Positions 29,680 to 41,391 of a stretch of DNA of 64,000 bases are shown piece by piece (the stretch's first letter is position 1; every line of letters begins with the position of its first letter). Position numbers and translations under genes: made by a program. The notes under the pieces are model-generated. The model saw only the letters and a program-made list of their open reading frames with translations, had not been told where the DNA came from and made no database searches. The stretch is from assembly GCA_050506795.1 (NCBI GenBank), contig JBJHCF010000013.1, positions 1 through 64,000 on the forward strand. The letters run 5' to 3'. The DNA comes from Opitutia bacterium (GTDB lineage Bacteria; Verrucomicrobiota; Verrucomicrobiia; Opitutales; T3Sed10-336).

Positions 29680-31662
29680 ATGAACCTAAATAAAGAAGCT
29701 CTTGCCGAAGCCGCGCGGATTGCCCGCGGCCTTTCCATCGACGCGGTGCACGCGTGCAGTTCCGGCCATTTGGGCCTGCCCCTGGGGGCCGCCGAAATGG
29801 GCGCCGTTCTTTACGGCCACGCCCTGCGCCACCACCCCGATCAGCCCCGCTGGATCAACCGCGACCGATTCGTGCTTTCCGCCGGTCACGGCAGCATGTT
29901 CCTCTACGGCTGGCTCCACCTTTCGGGCTACGACCTGTCGCTGGAGGAAATCAAGAACTTCCGTCAGTTGCACAGCAAAACTCCGGGACATCCGGAATTC
30001 GGTGAAACGCCGGGCGTTGAAGCGACCACCGGACCTCTGGGACAAGGCGTGGGCAACGCGGTGGGCATGGCCCTGGCGGGCAAGATGGCCGCGGCCCGGT
30101 TTAATACGGACGAACATTCCATTTTTGATTACCGCGTGGTCGCGCTGGCCGGCGACGGCTGTTTGCAGGAAGGCGTGGCGGCGGAGGCTTCCGCCTTCGC
30201 CGGACACTTCAAGCTCGACAACCTGATCCTGATCTACGACTCCAACGACGTCACCCTGGACGCCATGGCCAGCGAGACGCAGAGCGAGGATACGCTCAAG
30301 CGTTACGAGGCTTACGGGTTTGAGGTGCAGCAGGTTGACGGGCACGACATGGAGGCCTTTCTGGCCGCCTTCGAAAAGGCGCGTTCCTCCACTTCGGGCA
30401 AACCGCAGTTTATCGAAGCCAAGACGGAGATCGCCCGCGGTATCCCGGAAGTCGCCGGCACCGCCAAAGGGCACGGAGAGGGCGGCGCCAAATTCGCCGA
30501 AGCCGCGCGTGAGGGACTTGGACTTCCCAAGGAGACGTTTTATGTGTCGGACCAGGTGAAAACGTACTTCGCCGAGCACAAGAAGCGGTTGGCCTCCGAA
30601 TACGAAGCCTGGGAAAAGCGTTACCAGGCCTGGCGCTCGGCCCACGGCGAGCTGGCCGAAGTGCTGGAGCAGGGAGTGAAAAAACACGTGCCGTCCGACC
30701 TGCTCGAGCGGATCAAGCCCTTTGCCGAGGAAACCGCCATGGCGACCCGCAAGGCCGGTTCGATCGCCATTCAGCCGGTTGCCCAGGCACTCCCGCTCTT
30801 TATCAGCGGCAGCGCCGATCTGCACGGTTCGACCAACAATTACCTGCAGGACGCGGGTGACTTCAAGCCGGAGAGCCCTTCCGGGCGGAATATCCGTTTC
30901 GGCATCCGGGAGCACGCCATGGGGGCGATACTCAACGGGGTGGCCTACGACGGCCTGTTCCGTCCCTCCGGCGCCACCTTCCTGGTGTTCTCCGATTACT
31001 GTCGGCCCTCCATTCGACTGGCCGCGCTCGGCGGATTGCCGGTGACCTACATCTTTACCCACGATTCGGTGGGAGTCGGTGAGGACGGGCCTACCCACCA
31101 GCCGGTGGAAATGGTCTCCTCACTGCGTTTGATCCCGGGGCTTGATGTGATTCGCCCGGCGGATCCGGAGGAAACCGCCGGCGCCTACGCGGCGGCCATG
31201 GAGCGAACTGACGGTCCGACCGCCCTGATTCTCACCCGGCAGAATCTGCCCAATTTAAAGCAGGTTTCCCGCGACGATCGCCGCCAGGGCGTTCTGCGCG
31301 GCGGGTACATCGCTCGGAAGGAAACCGGGGAGTTGAAACAGATTATCCTGGCCTCCGGCAGCGAACTGCAGCACGCCCTGGCGGCGGCGGAGCAGCTGGG
31401 GGAAGGCGTTAGGGTGGTTTCTCTGCCCAGCACCACCCGTTTCGACCGGCAGTCGGAGTCGTATCGTGAATCGGTCCTCCCGTCCTCCTGTCGCCGCCGC
31501 GTGGCCATCGAGGCCGGTGCCACCTCCTATTGGTACAAGTACGTCGGCCTGGACGGCAAGGTGATCGGCATCGACCGTTTCGGTCTGAGCGCCCCGGGCG
31601 CCACCGTGATGAAGGAACTGGGCATCACCCCGGATTCTGTGGTGGCGGCGGCGAAAGCTTGA
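29680..31662 (+). CDS. tkt: Transketolase
   Basis: [43 protein letters not shown]. Confidence 0.97.
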   Translation: MNLNKEALAEAARIARGLSIDAVHACSSGHLGLPLGAAEMGAVLYGHALRHHPDQPRWINRDRFVLSAGHGSMFLYGWLHLSGYDLSLEEIKNFRQLHSKTPGHPEFGETPGVEATTGPLGQGVGNAVGMALAGKMAAARFNTDEHSIFDYRVVALAGDGCLQEGVAAEASAFAGHFKLDNLILIYDSNDVTLDAMASETQSEDTLKRYEAYGFEVQQVDGHDMEAFLAAFEKARSSTSGKPQFIEAKTEIARGIPEVAGTAKGHGEGGAKFAEAAREGLGLPKETFYVSDQVKTYFAEHKKRLASEYEAWEKRYQAWRSAHGELAEVLEQGVKKHVPSDLLERIKPFAEETAMATRKAGSIAIQPVAQALPLFISGSADLHGSTNNYLQDAGDFKPESPSGRNIRFGIREHAMGAILNGVAYDGLFRPSGATFLVFSDYCRPSIRLAALGGLPVTYIFTHDSVGVGEDGPTHQPVEMVSSLRLIPGLDVIRPADPEETAGAYAAAMERTDGPTALILTRQNLPNLKQVSRDDRRQGVLRGGYIARKETGELKQIILASGSELQHALAAAEQLGEGVRVVSLPSTTRFDRQSESYRESVLPSSCRRRVAIEAGATSYWYKYVGLDGKVIGIDRFGLSAPGATVMKELGITPDSVVAAAKA

Positions 31663-31694
31663 ACGGCGGAATAACCCGGTCTCCGGGACCCGAG

Positions 31695-31746
31695 AATCAC
31701 ACAATCGGGCGGGAGCGAACGTTTGCTCCCGCCCGATTGTGTGATT
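31695..31746. repeat. 52-bp near-perfect palindrome
   Basis: AATCACACAATCGGGCGGGAGCGAAC followed by GTTTGCTCCCGCCCGATTGTGTGATT; one mismatch between the 26-nt arms. Confidence 0.9.
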
Positions 31747-31945
31747 AGGCAATGGGGGTTTTGATTGTGACTGTCGACCGTTTATAACCCCGGGTCTAGT
31801 CAACTATGCAAGTAGAACAAGACCATTGGCGGGCCGTTATCCAATGGATTTCAGCTTCCTAAAGAATTGACGCTGCCGAGGGCTTTTTTCGATATTCTAC
31901 CATAAGTTTTCTTCCGCCAATTCTTAAAGGAACCTACTCAAAAAC

Positions 31946-32662
31946 ATGAAAAAACAAATCACCCTGATTTTCACCCTGTTGGCCTTTGCCGGAGCGAATG
32001 TCCACGGACAGCTGATTACCGACTTCAGCAGCACCGATCTGTCGGCCTGGACCGATACGCGAATTTTGAAAGCCACGGGTGGAGCCCCAGACAACGTCTA
32101 CACTTGGGAGGTCAGCGGTGGCATGCTGCAGATCAATACCACGACCTATGGTGGGATTGAGCAGTTTGCTCTCACCCGTACGGATTTCCCTCTCAATGTC
32201 GGATTTGAACTACAGGCGAATTTTTCGGCCAATTCTACCGGTACACAGGATATCGGTCTCTACGTCGGCGCCGGACACCCGACTGCCGACGTTCGAGCGG
32301 ATTACGTGAATATTTATGTTCGGGACAACGGGCAGCTTTACAGTCGCGGATTCGACGGCTCCTCGGAGTTGAGTTTGTCGGGAGGGGGTACTCACCCGGT
32401 GGATACCCTGTTTATCGCCCGCATCGACACCACAGTTTTTGAACTCGGCTGGTATGAGAATGGCGAACGCAATGTCCTTACGACCCGTACCATGGCGAAC
32501 GCCGATATCGGAAATGCCGTTGGGTTTTATGCCGATGTTCGCAACGCTGGCACGGTGGGCAGCCTCGACAATTTGAGCATCGTTCCCGAGCCGTCGACCT
32601 ATGCGCTGCTTTTCGGGGCGGCGGTTCTGGGCTTTGTGGTGTACCGGCGTCGCCGGGCCTGA
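31946..32662 (+). CDS. PEP-CTERM sorting domain protein
   Basis: Signal peptide; C-terminal VPEPSTYALLFG, TM segment, RRRRA. Confidence 0.93.
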   Translation: MKKQITLIFTLLAFAGANVHGQLITDFSSTDLSAWTDTRILKATGGAPDNVYTWEVSGGMLQINTTTYGGIEQFALTRTDFPLNVGFELQANFSANSTGTQDIGLYVGAGHPTADVRADYVNIYVRDNGQLYSRGFDGSSELSLSGGGTHPVDTLFIARIDTTVFELGWYENGERNVLTTRTMANADIGNAVGFYADVRNAGTVGSLDNLSIVPEPSTYALLFGAAVLGFVVYRRRRA

Positions 32663-32703
32663 TCGGCCTTTTTCGGTTATCGGTGCAAAGTTTTGTTTTG
32701 AAG

Positions 32704-32738
32704 GGCCGACGGAGTTTTCCGCCGGCCTTTTTCTTTTT
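32704..32738 (+). terminator. Rho-independent terminator
   Basis: GGCCGACGGA-GTTT-TCCGCCGGCC followed by TTTTTCTTTTT. Confidence 0.7.
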
Positions 32739-32819
32739 GCGGCGGCGGGCTTGAGCTGTCGCTGCGGATGCCGCAATATGGGTTGGCGGAGTCGGGCGGT
32801 TCCGATTCCACTCGAAGCG

Positions 32820-33344
32820 ATGGACATACACGAACGACTGCGGCGTTACCTGGGACAGAAACCGGATACGGAGAAGGCGCTTTTTGTGGCCCCGAACGCG
32901 ACGGTGATCGGCGACGTGGTGTTGGGGCCTTTGAGCAGCGTTTGGTACGGCGCGGTGCTGCGGGGTGACATCAACAGTATTCGCATCGGGGAGGGGACTA
33001 ATCTTCAGGACGGAACCATCGTTCACCTGGCTGACAATTATGGCGTCGAGGTGGGCGACTTCACCACGGTGGGACATCGCGCCATCATTCACGCCTGCCG
33101 CATCGGGCCGGGTTGCCTGATCGGCATGGGCTCCACCATCCTGGACGGGGCGCATATCGGCGAGGGTTCCCTGGTCGGGGCCAACGCCCTGGTGACCCAG
33201 GGGTTCAGCTGTCCGCCCGGTTCTCTCGTCCTCGGCGCGCCCGCCAAGACGGTGAAAACCCTCTCGCCGGAAGCCTCGCGTAAGTTAAAGGACTACGCGT
33301 TGAAATACATCGAAGTCGCCCGCGCGCATGCGAGGACGGGTTAA
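32820..33344 (+). CDS. Gamma carbonic anhydrase-family (hexapeptide repeat) protein
   Basis: VIGDV, GAVLRGD, NLQDG..VH, TVGH..IIH, LIGMG. Confidence 0.9.
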   Translation: MDIHERLRRYLGQKPDTEKALFVAPNATVIGDVVLGPLSSVWYGAVLRGDINSIRIGEGTNLQDGTIVHLADNYGVEVGDFTTVGHRAIIHACRIGPGCLIGMGSTILDGAHIGEGSLVGANALVTQGFSCPPGSLVLGAPAKTVKTLSPEASRKLKDYALKYIEVARAHARTG

Positions 33345-33395
33345 TACTTAAATGAAAGTCGTCCCCCGTCCCTCGTCCCGTTCCACCTCTTACCT

Positions 33396-36335
33396 TTAAC
33401 TTTCTCCCGCGCTTTCCTCCACTGACGGACAGGTGCAGACGAGGTTGCGGTCGCCATAGACGTTGTCCACCCGTCCCACCGGTGGCCAGAACTTGTGTTC
33501 CCGGGTCCAGGGGGCCGGGTAGGCGGCTTGCTCGCGGGTGTAGGAGTGGTTCCATTCTGTCCGGGTCAGGACGGATGCCGTGTGGGGCGCGTTTTTAAGA
33601 ACGTTGTCATTGCGGTCCATTTCGCCCCGTTCCACGGCGCACATCTCCTCATGGATGGCGAGCAGGGCGTCGCAGAAGCGGTCCAGTTCCTCGCGCGACT
33701 CGCTTTCGGTCGGTTCGATCATCATGGTGCCGGGAACCGGCCAGGACATGGTTGGAGCGTGAAACCCGAAATCCATCAGGCGCTTGGCCACGTCCTCCAC
33801 CTCGATGCCGGCCCGTTCCTTCCACTCGCGGAAATCGATGATGCACTCGTGGGCCACGAGGTTGCGGTGACCGCGGTAAAGGACCTGGTAATGGGACTCC
33901 AGTCGCCGGGCGACGTAGTTGGCGTTGAGGATGGCGTGACGGGTGGCGTCGGTCAGACCGCGCGATCCCATCATGCGAATGTAGGCCCAGGAGATGAGCA
34001 GGATCAGCGCGCTTCCCCAGGGGGCCGCCGCGATGGCGCCGTCTTTTCCGCCGTTCGGGACCACGGAATGTCCGGGCAGGTGAGGGGCCAGGTGTTCGGC
34101 CACGGCGATGGGTCCCACACCGGGGCCGCCGCCCCCGTGGGGAATGCAAAAGGTCTTGTGCAGGTTGAAATGGCAGACGTCGCCGCCGATGGCCGCCGGG
34201 GTGGCGATTCCGAGCATGGCGTTGAGATTGGCGCCGTCGAGGTACACCTGGCCGCCGTGTTCGTGCACGATGGCGCACACCTGGCGTATTCCCTTTTCGA
34301 ATACGCCGTGCGTCGACGGGTAGGTCACCATGAGCGCGGCCAAACGATCGGCGTGGGTTTCGGCTTTCTGTCGCAAATCCTCCAGGTCTATGTCCCCGTT
34401 CTCGCGGCATTGCACCGGAACCACCTGCAGGCCGCACATAATGGCGCTGGCGGGATTGGTGCCGTGGGCGGATACCGGGATCAGGCAGACGTCACGCTGT
34501 CCCTCGCCCCGCTCCGAGTGGTAGTTGCGGATGGCCAGGAGGCCGGCGTACTCCCCCTGGGAGCCGGCATTGGGCTGGAGCGATACTGCCGCGAAGTCGG
34601 TCATGTCCGCCAGCCAGGCCTCGATTTGCCGGAAGATTTCCTGGTAACCCTCGGCGTGCTCGCGGGGTGCGAAAGGGTGCAAATTGGCGAACTCCGGCCA
34701 GGTTATGGGAAGCATTTCCGCCGTGGCGTTGAGCTTCATGGTGCAGGAACCGAGCGGGGTCATGGAAACCGTCAATGAATGCTCCTTTGCTTCCAGGCGT
34801 TTGATGTAACGCAGCATCTCGGTTTCAGTGTGGAAGTCGTGGAAGACCCGATGAGTCAGAAATTCGCTCCGCCGGGCGAAGGGCTCCTCGAACTCGCCGA
34901 AAGCGATCTCCGCTTTTGCCCGCACCGCATCGGGCGAGGTCTGGCCACCGAAGACTTCGATCAATTCGATGAGGTCCTCGACGCGGGAAGTTTCGTCGAG
35001 GGAAATGCCGACCGCATCCTTTCCCCAGTCGCGAAGCAGCAGCCCGCGCTTGTCCGCCTTCTCGCGGAATGAAGCCGCCATGTCTCCTGAAACCTCCACT
35101 CTGATGGTGTCGAAGACCGGAGCCTTGCCGGTGTCGAAGCCAAGTTGTCCGAGTTCGTCCCGCAGAATCCGAGTGAGTGCGCGGATGCGGCGGGCGATGG
35201 TTTTCAGGCCGTCCGGGCCGTGGTAAACGGCGTACATGGATGCCATCACCGCCAGGAGGACCTGGGCGGTGCAGATATTGCTGGTGGCCTTGTCGCGGCG
35301 GATGTGTTGCTCGCGGGTTTGCAGCGCGAGCCGAAGCCCGCGCCGGCCCTCGGAATCGTGGGAGACCCCCACCAGTCGGCCCGGCATGCGCCGTTTGTGC
35401 TTTTCCAGGGTGGCGAAAAAGGCGGCATGGGGCCCGCCGTAACCCAGCGGCACGCCGAAGCGCTGGCTGCTGCCCACGGCGATGTCGGCCCCGAACTCGC
35501 CGGGAGGCCGCAGCAGGGTGAGCGCCAGCAGGTCGGTGGCCACCACCGCCAGGGCTCCAACATCGTGCAGGCTCCCGATCAGGGATTCGTAGTCGAGAAT
35601 GCTTCCGTCGGTGGCCGGGTACTGGAGAAGCGCGCCGAAGAAGGAATCGTCCGGCTGCAGTTCCCGATGGTCGCCGACCACGGTTTTGATGCCCAGCGGT
35701 TCGGCGCGGGTACGCAACACTTCGATAGTTTGCGGGTGGCAAAGGTCGGAAACGAAGAAATTCCGTTTGTCGCCTTTTCCTTTGAGACCCCAAGCCATGG
35801 TCATGGCTTCGGCGGCGGCGGTGGCTTCGTCGAGCAGAGAGGCGTTGGCGATTTCCAGTCCGGTCAGATCTGTCACCAGGGTCTGGAAGTTGAGCAGGGC
35901 TTCCAGACGCCCTTGAGCCAGCTCGGGCTGGTAGGGGGTGTATTGCGTGTACCAACCCGGGTTTTCCAGGATATTGCGCTGAATGACCGGCGGAGTGAAA
36001 CAGCCGTGGTAGCCCATGCCGATAAAACTTCGGTGGACGGTGTTGCGGCCGGCGATGGCGCGCAATTCCTCCAGCATTTCCCTTTCGCCCAGCGCCTGGG
36101 GCAGGTTGAGCGGACGTTCCAGGCGGATGTCCTCCGGTACGGCGGTGTCCACCAGTTCTTCGAGCGAGCCGTAACCGAGAAGGTTGAGCATTTGCGCGAC
36201 GGCGGTGCTGTCCGGACCGATATGTCTCCGGGGAAAGGTATCCGGTGGCGCCAGCGGGTCTGTTCCGCTTCCGAATCCCTGCGGGCGGTTTGAATCGGCG
36301 TTAATGTTTGATGTCGGCTCTTCGACTTTTGGCAT
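33396..36335 (-). CDS. gcvP: Glycine dehydrogenase (glycine cleavage P protein)
   Basis: [49 protein letters not shown]. Confidence 0.97.
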   Translation of the reverse strand: MPKVEEPTSNINADSNRPQGFGSGTDPLAPPDTFPRRHIGPDSTAVAQMLNLLGYGSLEELVDTAVPEDIRLERPLNLPQALGEREMLEELRAIAGRNTVHRSFIGMGYHGCFTPPVIQRNILENPGWYTQYTPYQPELAQGRLEALLNFQTLVTDLTGLEIANASLLDEATAAAEAMTMAWGLKGKGDKRNFFVSDLCHPQTIEVLRTRAEPLGIKTVVGDHRELQPDDSFFGALLQYPATDGSILDYESLIGSLHDVGALAVVATDLLALTLLRPPGEFGADIAVGSSQRFGVPLGYGGPHAAFFATLEKHKRRMPGRLVGVSHDSEGRRGLRLALQTREQHIRRDKATSNICTAQVLLAVMASMYAVYHGPDGLKTIARRIRALTRILRDELGQLGFDTGKAPVFDTIRVEVSGDMAASFREKADKRGLLLRDWGKDAVGISLDETSRVEDLIELIEVFGGQTSPDAVRAKAEIAFGEFEEPFARRSEFLTHRVFHDFHTETEMLRYIKRLEAKEHSLTVSMTPLGSCTMKLNATAEMLPITWPEFANLHPFAPREHAEGYQEIFRQIEAWLADMTDFAAVSLQPNAGSQGEYAGLLAIRNYHSERGEGQRDVCLIPVSAHGTNPASAIMCGLQVVPVQCRENGDIDLEDLRQKAETHADRLAALMVTYPSTHGVFEKGIRQVCAIVHEHGGQVYLDGANLNAMLGIATPAAIGGDVCHFNLHKTFCIPHGGGGPGVGPIAVAEHLAPHLPGHSVVPNGGKDGAIAAAPWGSALILLISWAYIRMMGSRGLTDATRHAILNANYVARRLESHYQVLYRGHRNLVAHECIIDFREWKERAGIEVEDVAKRLMDFGFHAPTMSWPVPGTMMIEPTESESREELDRFCDALLAIHEEMCAVERGEMDRNDNVLKNAPHTASVLTRTEWNHSYTREQAAYPAPWTREHKFWPPVGRVDNVYGDRNLVCTCPSVEESAGES

Positions 36336-36467
36336 CCTGCGAATATAATGGGGCGTCCCGGGGTATCAACCGTTTTTACGTAAAGGACCGATTCGGCGGG
36401 CTTGAAGCCGGGGTGGTGGCGCGATTGACATTGCCTTTCAAATTCGCTGCTTAAATATCGACGCATC

Positions 36468-37844
36468 ATGCCCGCTTCGATTTTGATAGTGGATGACGAG
36501 CGTCACACGCGCGAGGGTCTCATGCAGGCCTTTGAGGATGAGTACGACGTCTACCTGGCTCGCAGCGCCGACGAGGCTTTCAACCTGATGGAGGAGGAAG
36601 CGTTTGATGTCGTTCTGACCGACTTGAAGATGGCGGGAAAGTCCGGCCTGAAGGTTATCGACCGCGCGCTGACGCTGCGCAACCGGCCGGTGTGCATCAT
36701 GATGACCGCGTACGGCAGTGTGGAAACGGCGGTGGAGGCGATGAAACGCGGGGCCTTCGATTTTCTGACCAAACCGGTTAATCTGGAAAAGCTGGAAATT
36801 CTTATCCAGCGGGCATTGAAGTCACGGAAAATCGAGGAGGAGAATTTGCATTTGCACGAACGCCTCGACGCCAAGTTCCGTTTTGACTCCTTTGTGGGGG
36901 AATCCCGGGCGCTGCGTGACGTGATCGAACGCGTCAAGCTGGTGGCGGCCTCCCGGGCGACCATTCTGATCGGAGGAGAAACCGGTACCGGGAAGGAACT
37001 GGTGGCGCAGGCGATTCATCAGAACAGTGATCGTTCCAAAGGGCCCTTCGTTGCGGTGCACTGCGCCGCGTTGCCGCCGACGCTTCTGGAGAGCGAATTG
37101 TTCGGTCATGAAAAAGGTGCCTTCACCGGAGCCACCGAACGCCGTATCGGGCGTTTCGAGGCGGCGGATGGCGGAACGCTGTTTCTGGACGAAATTGGAG
37201 AGATCGACCACACCACGCAGGTCAAACTGCTGCGTTTCCTGGAGCAACGCACTTTCGAGCGGGTGGGGGGCATGAAACCGATCAAAGTGGACGTTCGCCT
37301 GGTGACGGCGACCAATCGTCACCTGGAGGAATTGGTGCGGGAGGGCGATTTTCGGGAAGACCTTTTTTACCGGCTCAATGTGGTGCGAATCGACATTCCT
37401 TCGCTGCGGGAACGGCGCGAGGACATTCCCGTTCTGCTCAAGCATTATATCGATCATTATGCGGCCGAGAACAATTTGCCTCCGGTGACCCTGGAAGCCG
37501 GGGCCATGCGGCTGCTGACCCAGTACGACTGGCCGGGAAACGTGCGGGAACTGCGGAATCTGGCCGAAAACCTCGTCATCCTCCACCGCGGCGGCCGGGT
37601 GACCGAGTACGATCTGGATGGGAAGTTCAGGGGTGAGACCGGAACCGGCACGGACCGGACGGAGTCGACTCCGCTGTCCAATCCCCTCTCGGTGCAGGAA
37701 AATGAGAAAAAACTGCTGCGTAGCGCGCTTTTGGAGGCGCGCGGCAACCGGAGCAAAGCGGCTCGCCTCATGGGTATCAGCCGGCGCACCCTGCACCGGA
37801 AATTGGCGCAATGGCCGGAGTTGGACGTGGTCGAGCGAAAGTGA
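36468..37844 (+). CDS. Sigma-54-dependent (NtrC-family) response regulator
   Basis: REC domain, [31 protein letters not shown], Fis HTH. Confidence 0.95.
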   Translation: MPASILIVDDERHTREGLMQAFEDEYDVYLARSADEAFNLMEEEAFDVVLTDLKMAGKSGLKVIDRALTLRNRPVCIMMTAYGSVETAVEAMKRGAFDFLTKPVNLEKLEILIQRALKSRKIEEENLHLHERLDAKFRFDSFVGESRALRDVIERVKLVAASRATILIGGETGTGKELVAQAIHQNSDRSKGPFVAVHCAALPPTLLESELFGHEKGAFTGATERRIGRFEAADGGTLFLDEIGEIDHTTQVKLLRFLEQRTFERVGGMKPIKVDVRLVTATNRHLEELVREGDFREDLFYRLNVVRIDIPSLRERREDIPVLLKHYIDHYAAENNLPPVTLEAGAMRLLTQYDWPGNVRELRNLAENLVILHRGGRVTEYDLDGKFRGETGTGTDRTESTPLSNPLSVQENEKKLLRSALLEARGNRSKAARLMGISRRTLHRKLAQWPELDVVERK

Positions 37845-37920
37845 TGTTCGGCTTGGGCGATCGATTGTTTCCTTGCGTTGACTTTTTCCGTTTCGTACTA
37901 GTTTTTGTTCTTTTCCACTT

Positions 37921-38802
37921 ATGAGAAATCACCTTTTGTTCATCCCCGCTTTGTTTGTTCTGACGATATCGCTGCCAGCCGAGGATCGGCCGGTATTGCG
38001 TGTCGGCGGATCGGATCTTCTGGGTACGGCATTCCAGGAAATCCTCGGGGACTTCGCGCAAGAGTTTGACATTGATGTGCAAGTGAGCCTGCGCGGCACC
38101 TATGCGGCCCGTGCGGGAATGGACGAAGGGCGGCTCGACTTGGCCATCCTTGCCGCGCCGGCTGGGGCCGATTCCCATTTCGATGGTTTTGAATCGCACG
38201 CGCTGGCCTACCAGACTGTCGTTTTCGCCATCAACTCCGCTAATCCGCTGAATGAACTGACCCTGCCCCAGGTATCCGCGGTTTTCGGTGCTCAGGAGGT
38301 CTCTTCGTTCACCCGCTGGGGGGACCTGGGCCTGGCCGGGGAATTGCGTCCCCGGTCCATCGACCTGCATTCGATCGCGGCGGGGAGCAGTATCGCCGTT
38401 GACCTCTTTCGTCACCAGGTGTTGCGCACTCCGCGCCTGCGCGCATCGGTTACCTACCATCGAACCTCGAACGAGGTGATTGGCGCCCTGGCGGAAAGTA
38501 CGGCGACAATCGGCCTGCTGCCGCAGGCGCCGCCCCCGGGACGTCCCGTGCGGGTTCTGGCCCTGGCGAGAGAGGATGGAGGCATTGCTTTTGGGCCGAG
38601 TCGTGAAAACGTGCACACCGGGGACTATCCGATTCGTCTGCCGGTTTACCTGGTGTTTTCCCCGGAGAACCGTGAGGCTTTGCGCGACCTGTTGCTTTAC
38701 CTGACCCGTGAACGGGTGGCCGAGGCGATCGAGGCCTCCGGTCTTGTGCCGCTGCCCGCCAGTGCCCGCAACCGGCAGCGGCTCGATTTCGAACGTTTCT
38801 AA
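37921..38802 (+). CDS. PstS-like periplasmic substrate-binding protein
   Basis: Signal peptide, GGSD, NPLNELT, WGDLG, GDYPIR. Confidence 0.7.
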   Translation: MRNHLLFIPALFVLTISLPAEDRPVLRVGGSDLLGTAFQEILGDFAQEFDIDVQVSLRGTYAARAGMDEGRLDLAILAAPAGADSHFDGFESHALAYQTVVFAINSANPLNELTLPQVSAVFGAQEVSSFTRWGDLGLAGELRPRSIDLHSIAAGSSIAVDLFRHQVLRTPRLRASVTYHRTSNEVIGALAESTATIGLLPQAPPPGRPVRVLALAREDGGIAFGPSRENVHTGDYPIRLPVYLVFSPENREALRDLLLYLTRERVAEAIEASGLVPLPASARNRQRLDFERF

Positions 38803-38833
38803 GACGGCTTTGAGCTTCGAAACGGGCCTTACC

Positions 38834-41380
38834 TCAGCGCCATTCGTGTTTGGGGTAGCGACCCTGCAGTTGTTTTTTCACCGCCGGATAACTGTTTTTC
38901 CAGAAGGCGGCGATGTCTTCGGTGACTTGAACCGGACGGTTGTTTGGAGCAAGAATGTGGATACGGACCGGGGCGCGGCCCTCGGCGAGACGGATGTTTT
39001 CCTCCAGCCCATACAGGTCCTGCACCCGGGCTGAAAGGACGGGCGGGTCGGTTTCGGAGTAAACCAGTTTTACCTTGCGCCCCCGGGGCAACTCGACGGA
39101 GGGCGGGGCGTAGTGATCGAGGGCCCCCGCCTGTTCGGGTGCCAGCCATGATTTAACCGTGCCCATGACCGGTCGGTCTTTGATGTCCTTGTAACCACGT
39201 GCGCCGTACACGATCTGTTCGATCAAGGCCCGGCGGTCTTCGCGGTTAATCGGGGGGAGTTCGAGTTCCGGCATGTGGGCCGCCAGGAAGTTCAGACGGG
39301 CGATCCATTGTTCGACGGAATGATCCCAGTTTTTCAACGGGCATCGTCCGGTGAGCACTTCCTCCGCCAGGATGGCGGCGGCCGCATCGTCAGAGACGCG
39401 GTCGGTGGGTTTGGTACGCAGTACCAGGTCGCGAAAAACCACGCTCTCCTGGCCGACAACCCGGCGGAGGGAGGAATCGAATTGGACCTCGTGGCGGGTG
39501 GAAACGTCTTCCGGAAACAATTCCTCCAGCCAGGATTCCTCGATGGCGGTGACCAGGCCCAGTCTTACGGTGACGTTGGACTCCTGGGCCGAGGTCGATA
39601 TTTCGCGCACTTCCGAGGCGATGAAAAGCGGCGCATCGCGCACCACGCTTTCCCGATCAAGTTCGCCGCGCCGGCCGTGAACTATTTCACAGTGCAGCGT
39701 GCCGCGACGGGTGCGGCGTGCGACCTGGTCGGAGAACCCCTGAAGGAGGCAGCGGCGGACCTTGACGGAGTCGCTGGAGGTCGGGTGGGATTGCCGGTTT
39801 TTCGCGTCGGCGATCCGGAGGAAATGGTGAAAAATCTGTCCCGCCTGGCGGGCGGCGCCGGCGTGGACCCCCACCTCGCGGCAGGCGTTGACGGAAAAGC
39901 GGTTTTCCGCCGCGAAGCTCCAGGCGCGCATCTGGGCGAAAAAATCGGATTCCTGTTCGTCGCCCAGGTGATCTTCACGCCGGACCTCGACGCGTTTGTC
40001 GGGACGCCTCTCCAGCAGACCGCGGGTTTGAGTGAGGGCGGCGATCAATGCGATCTCCGGCACGCAGCCGGCTTCGCGGGCGGCCATGAGCATGCGGGCG
40101 TAGCGCGGGTGCACGGGAAAGGCGGCCATGGCCCGGCCGGTATCGGTCAGTCGGGCGCGGGCATCGAGGGCGCCGAGTTCCTGCAGGAGGCGCTGAGCCC
40201 GCTCCAGGGCGGCCGGTTCCGGGGGTTCCAGCCAGGGAAAGGTTTCGAGGTTCTCAATGGCGCTGTTTTTCAGGGTGAGGACGGTTTCCGCCAAATCGAG
40301 TCGCTTGATCTCCGGAAGGTCGGCGGCGGGGCGGGCAACGTGATCCTCCTCGCTCCAGAGCCGCAGGCAATGGCCCGGGGCGGTTCGTCCGGCGCGCCCG
40401 GCTCGTTGAGCGGCGGACGCGCGGGAAATTTTTTCCACCAGCAACGTGTTGATGCCGCGCTGGGCGTCGAATCGGGCGATTCGGGCCAGGCCGCTGTCGA
40501 TCACGATGCGGATTCCTTCGATGGTCAGCGACGTTTCCGCCACGTTGGTGGAAACCACGATCTTGCGCCGCTCGCAGGGGCCCAGGGCGGCGTCCTGCGA
40601 TTGCGGAGGGAGCTCGCCGTGCAAGGGGAGCCTGGCGAAAGGACGCAGGCTGGGAAAGGCTTCCAGGGCCGAGAGGGTACGTTGGATCTCGTAGGCGCCG
40701 GGCATAAAAATAAGGGCGTCGCCTTCCGCGCCGGCGTTGATGAGCCGGTCCAGTTCTCGCGCCGCCAGTTCCCAGACTGGCGGCGGGTGTCGCTCGCGCG
40801 AGCGGGGAAGGTATTCGGTTTCAACCGGGTAAGCGCGACCCTGGGAGCTCAGGGTATGGCACGGTTCCAGATAAGGTTCCAGGGCGGTGCGGTCCAGGGT
40901 GGCCGACATCACGACCAGCTTGAGGTCGGGGCGATTTTCCTGCTGGATCTGCAGTGCGCGGGCCAGGGTGATGTCGCCGTAGAGGTGGCGTTCGTGGAAC
41001 TCATCGAAAAGGATCGCGGCCACGCCCGGCAGGTCGGGATTCTCCATGATCTGCCGGAGCAGGATGCCCTCGGTGACAAAACGGATGCGGGTTCGGGAAG
41101 AGACGACCCGGTCGAACCGGATTTGGTAGCCCACTTCCTCGCCGAGATCCCCGCCGCGCTCCCGCGCCACCCGTTTGGCCAGCATACGCGCCGCCAGGCG
41201 GCGAGGTTGCAGGATGACGATTTCGCCCGATTCGCAAAGCCCTTCCTCCAACAGGATTTGCGGGACCTGGGTGGATTTGCCCGAGCCGGTGGGAGCGTCC
41301 AGAATCAGGCGGTTGCCCTGGCGCAGGGCGCTCGCGATGGCGCCCCGCAGCTCGCGAACGGGAAGATCGGAGCCGGTCAT
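38834..41380 (-). CDS. hrpB: ATP-dependent helicase HrpB
   Basis: APTGSGKST, QPRRLAA, DEFHER, MSAT, TNVAETSLTI, QRAGRAGR, C-terminal GRYPKHEW. Confidence 0.95.
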   Translation of the reverse strand: MTGSDLPVRELRGAIASALRQGNRLILDAPTGSGKSTQVPQILLEEGLCESGEIVILQPRRLAARMLAKRVARERGGDLGEEVGYQIRFDRVVSSRTRIRFVTEGILLRQIMENPDLPGVAAILFDEFHERHLYGDITLARALQIQQENRPDLKLVVMSATLDRTALEPYLEPCHTLSSQGRAYPVETEYLPRSRERHPPPVWELAARELDRLINAGAEGDALIFMPGAYEIQRTLSALEAFPSLRPFARLPLHGELPPQSQDAALGPCERRKIVVSTNVAETSLTIEGIRIVIDSGLARIARFDAQRGINTLLVEKISRASAAQRAGRAGRTAPGHCLRLWSEEDHVARPAADLPEIKRLDLAETVLTLKNSAIENLETFPWLEPPEPAALERAQRLLQELGALDARARLTDTGRAMAAFPVHPRYARMLMAAREAGCVPEIALIAALTQTRGLLERRPDKRVEVRREDHLGDEQESDFFAQMRAWSFAAENRFSVNACREVGVHAGAARQAGQIFHHFLRIADAKNRQSHPTSSDSVKVRRCLLQGFSDQVARRTRRGTLHCEIVHGRRGELDRESVVRDAPLFIASEVREISTSAQESNVTVRLGLVTAIEESWLEELFPEDVSTRHEVQFDSSLRRVVGQESVVFRDLVLRTKPTDRVSDDAAAAILAEEVLTGRCPLKNWDHSVEQWIARLNFLAAHMPELELPPINREDRRALIEQIVYGARGYKDIKDRPVMGTVKSWLAPEQAGALDHYAPPSVELPRGRKVKLVYSETDPPVLSARVQDLYGLEENIRLAEGRAPVRIHILAPNNRPVQVTEDIAAFWKNSYPAVKKQLQGRYPKHEWR

Positions 41381-41391
41381 AGCGGGATGAA

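Noticed and set aside
13441..36456. TTGAC(A/G) boxes with -10-like hexamers at 20-21-nt spacing (13441, 31867, 36425)
   Set aside because: Too few and too degenerate; other candidates show 15-17-nt spacing, and TSS data would be needed
36336..36467. Glycine riboswitch upstream of gcvP
   Set aside because: The spacer is only 132 bp, holds divergent promoter-like elements and shows no aptamer motifs
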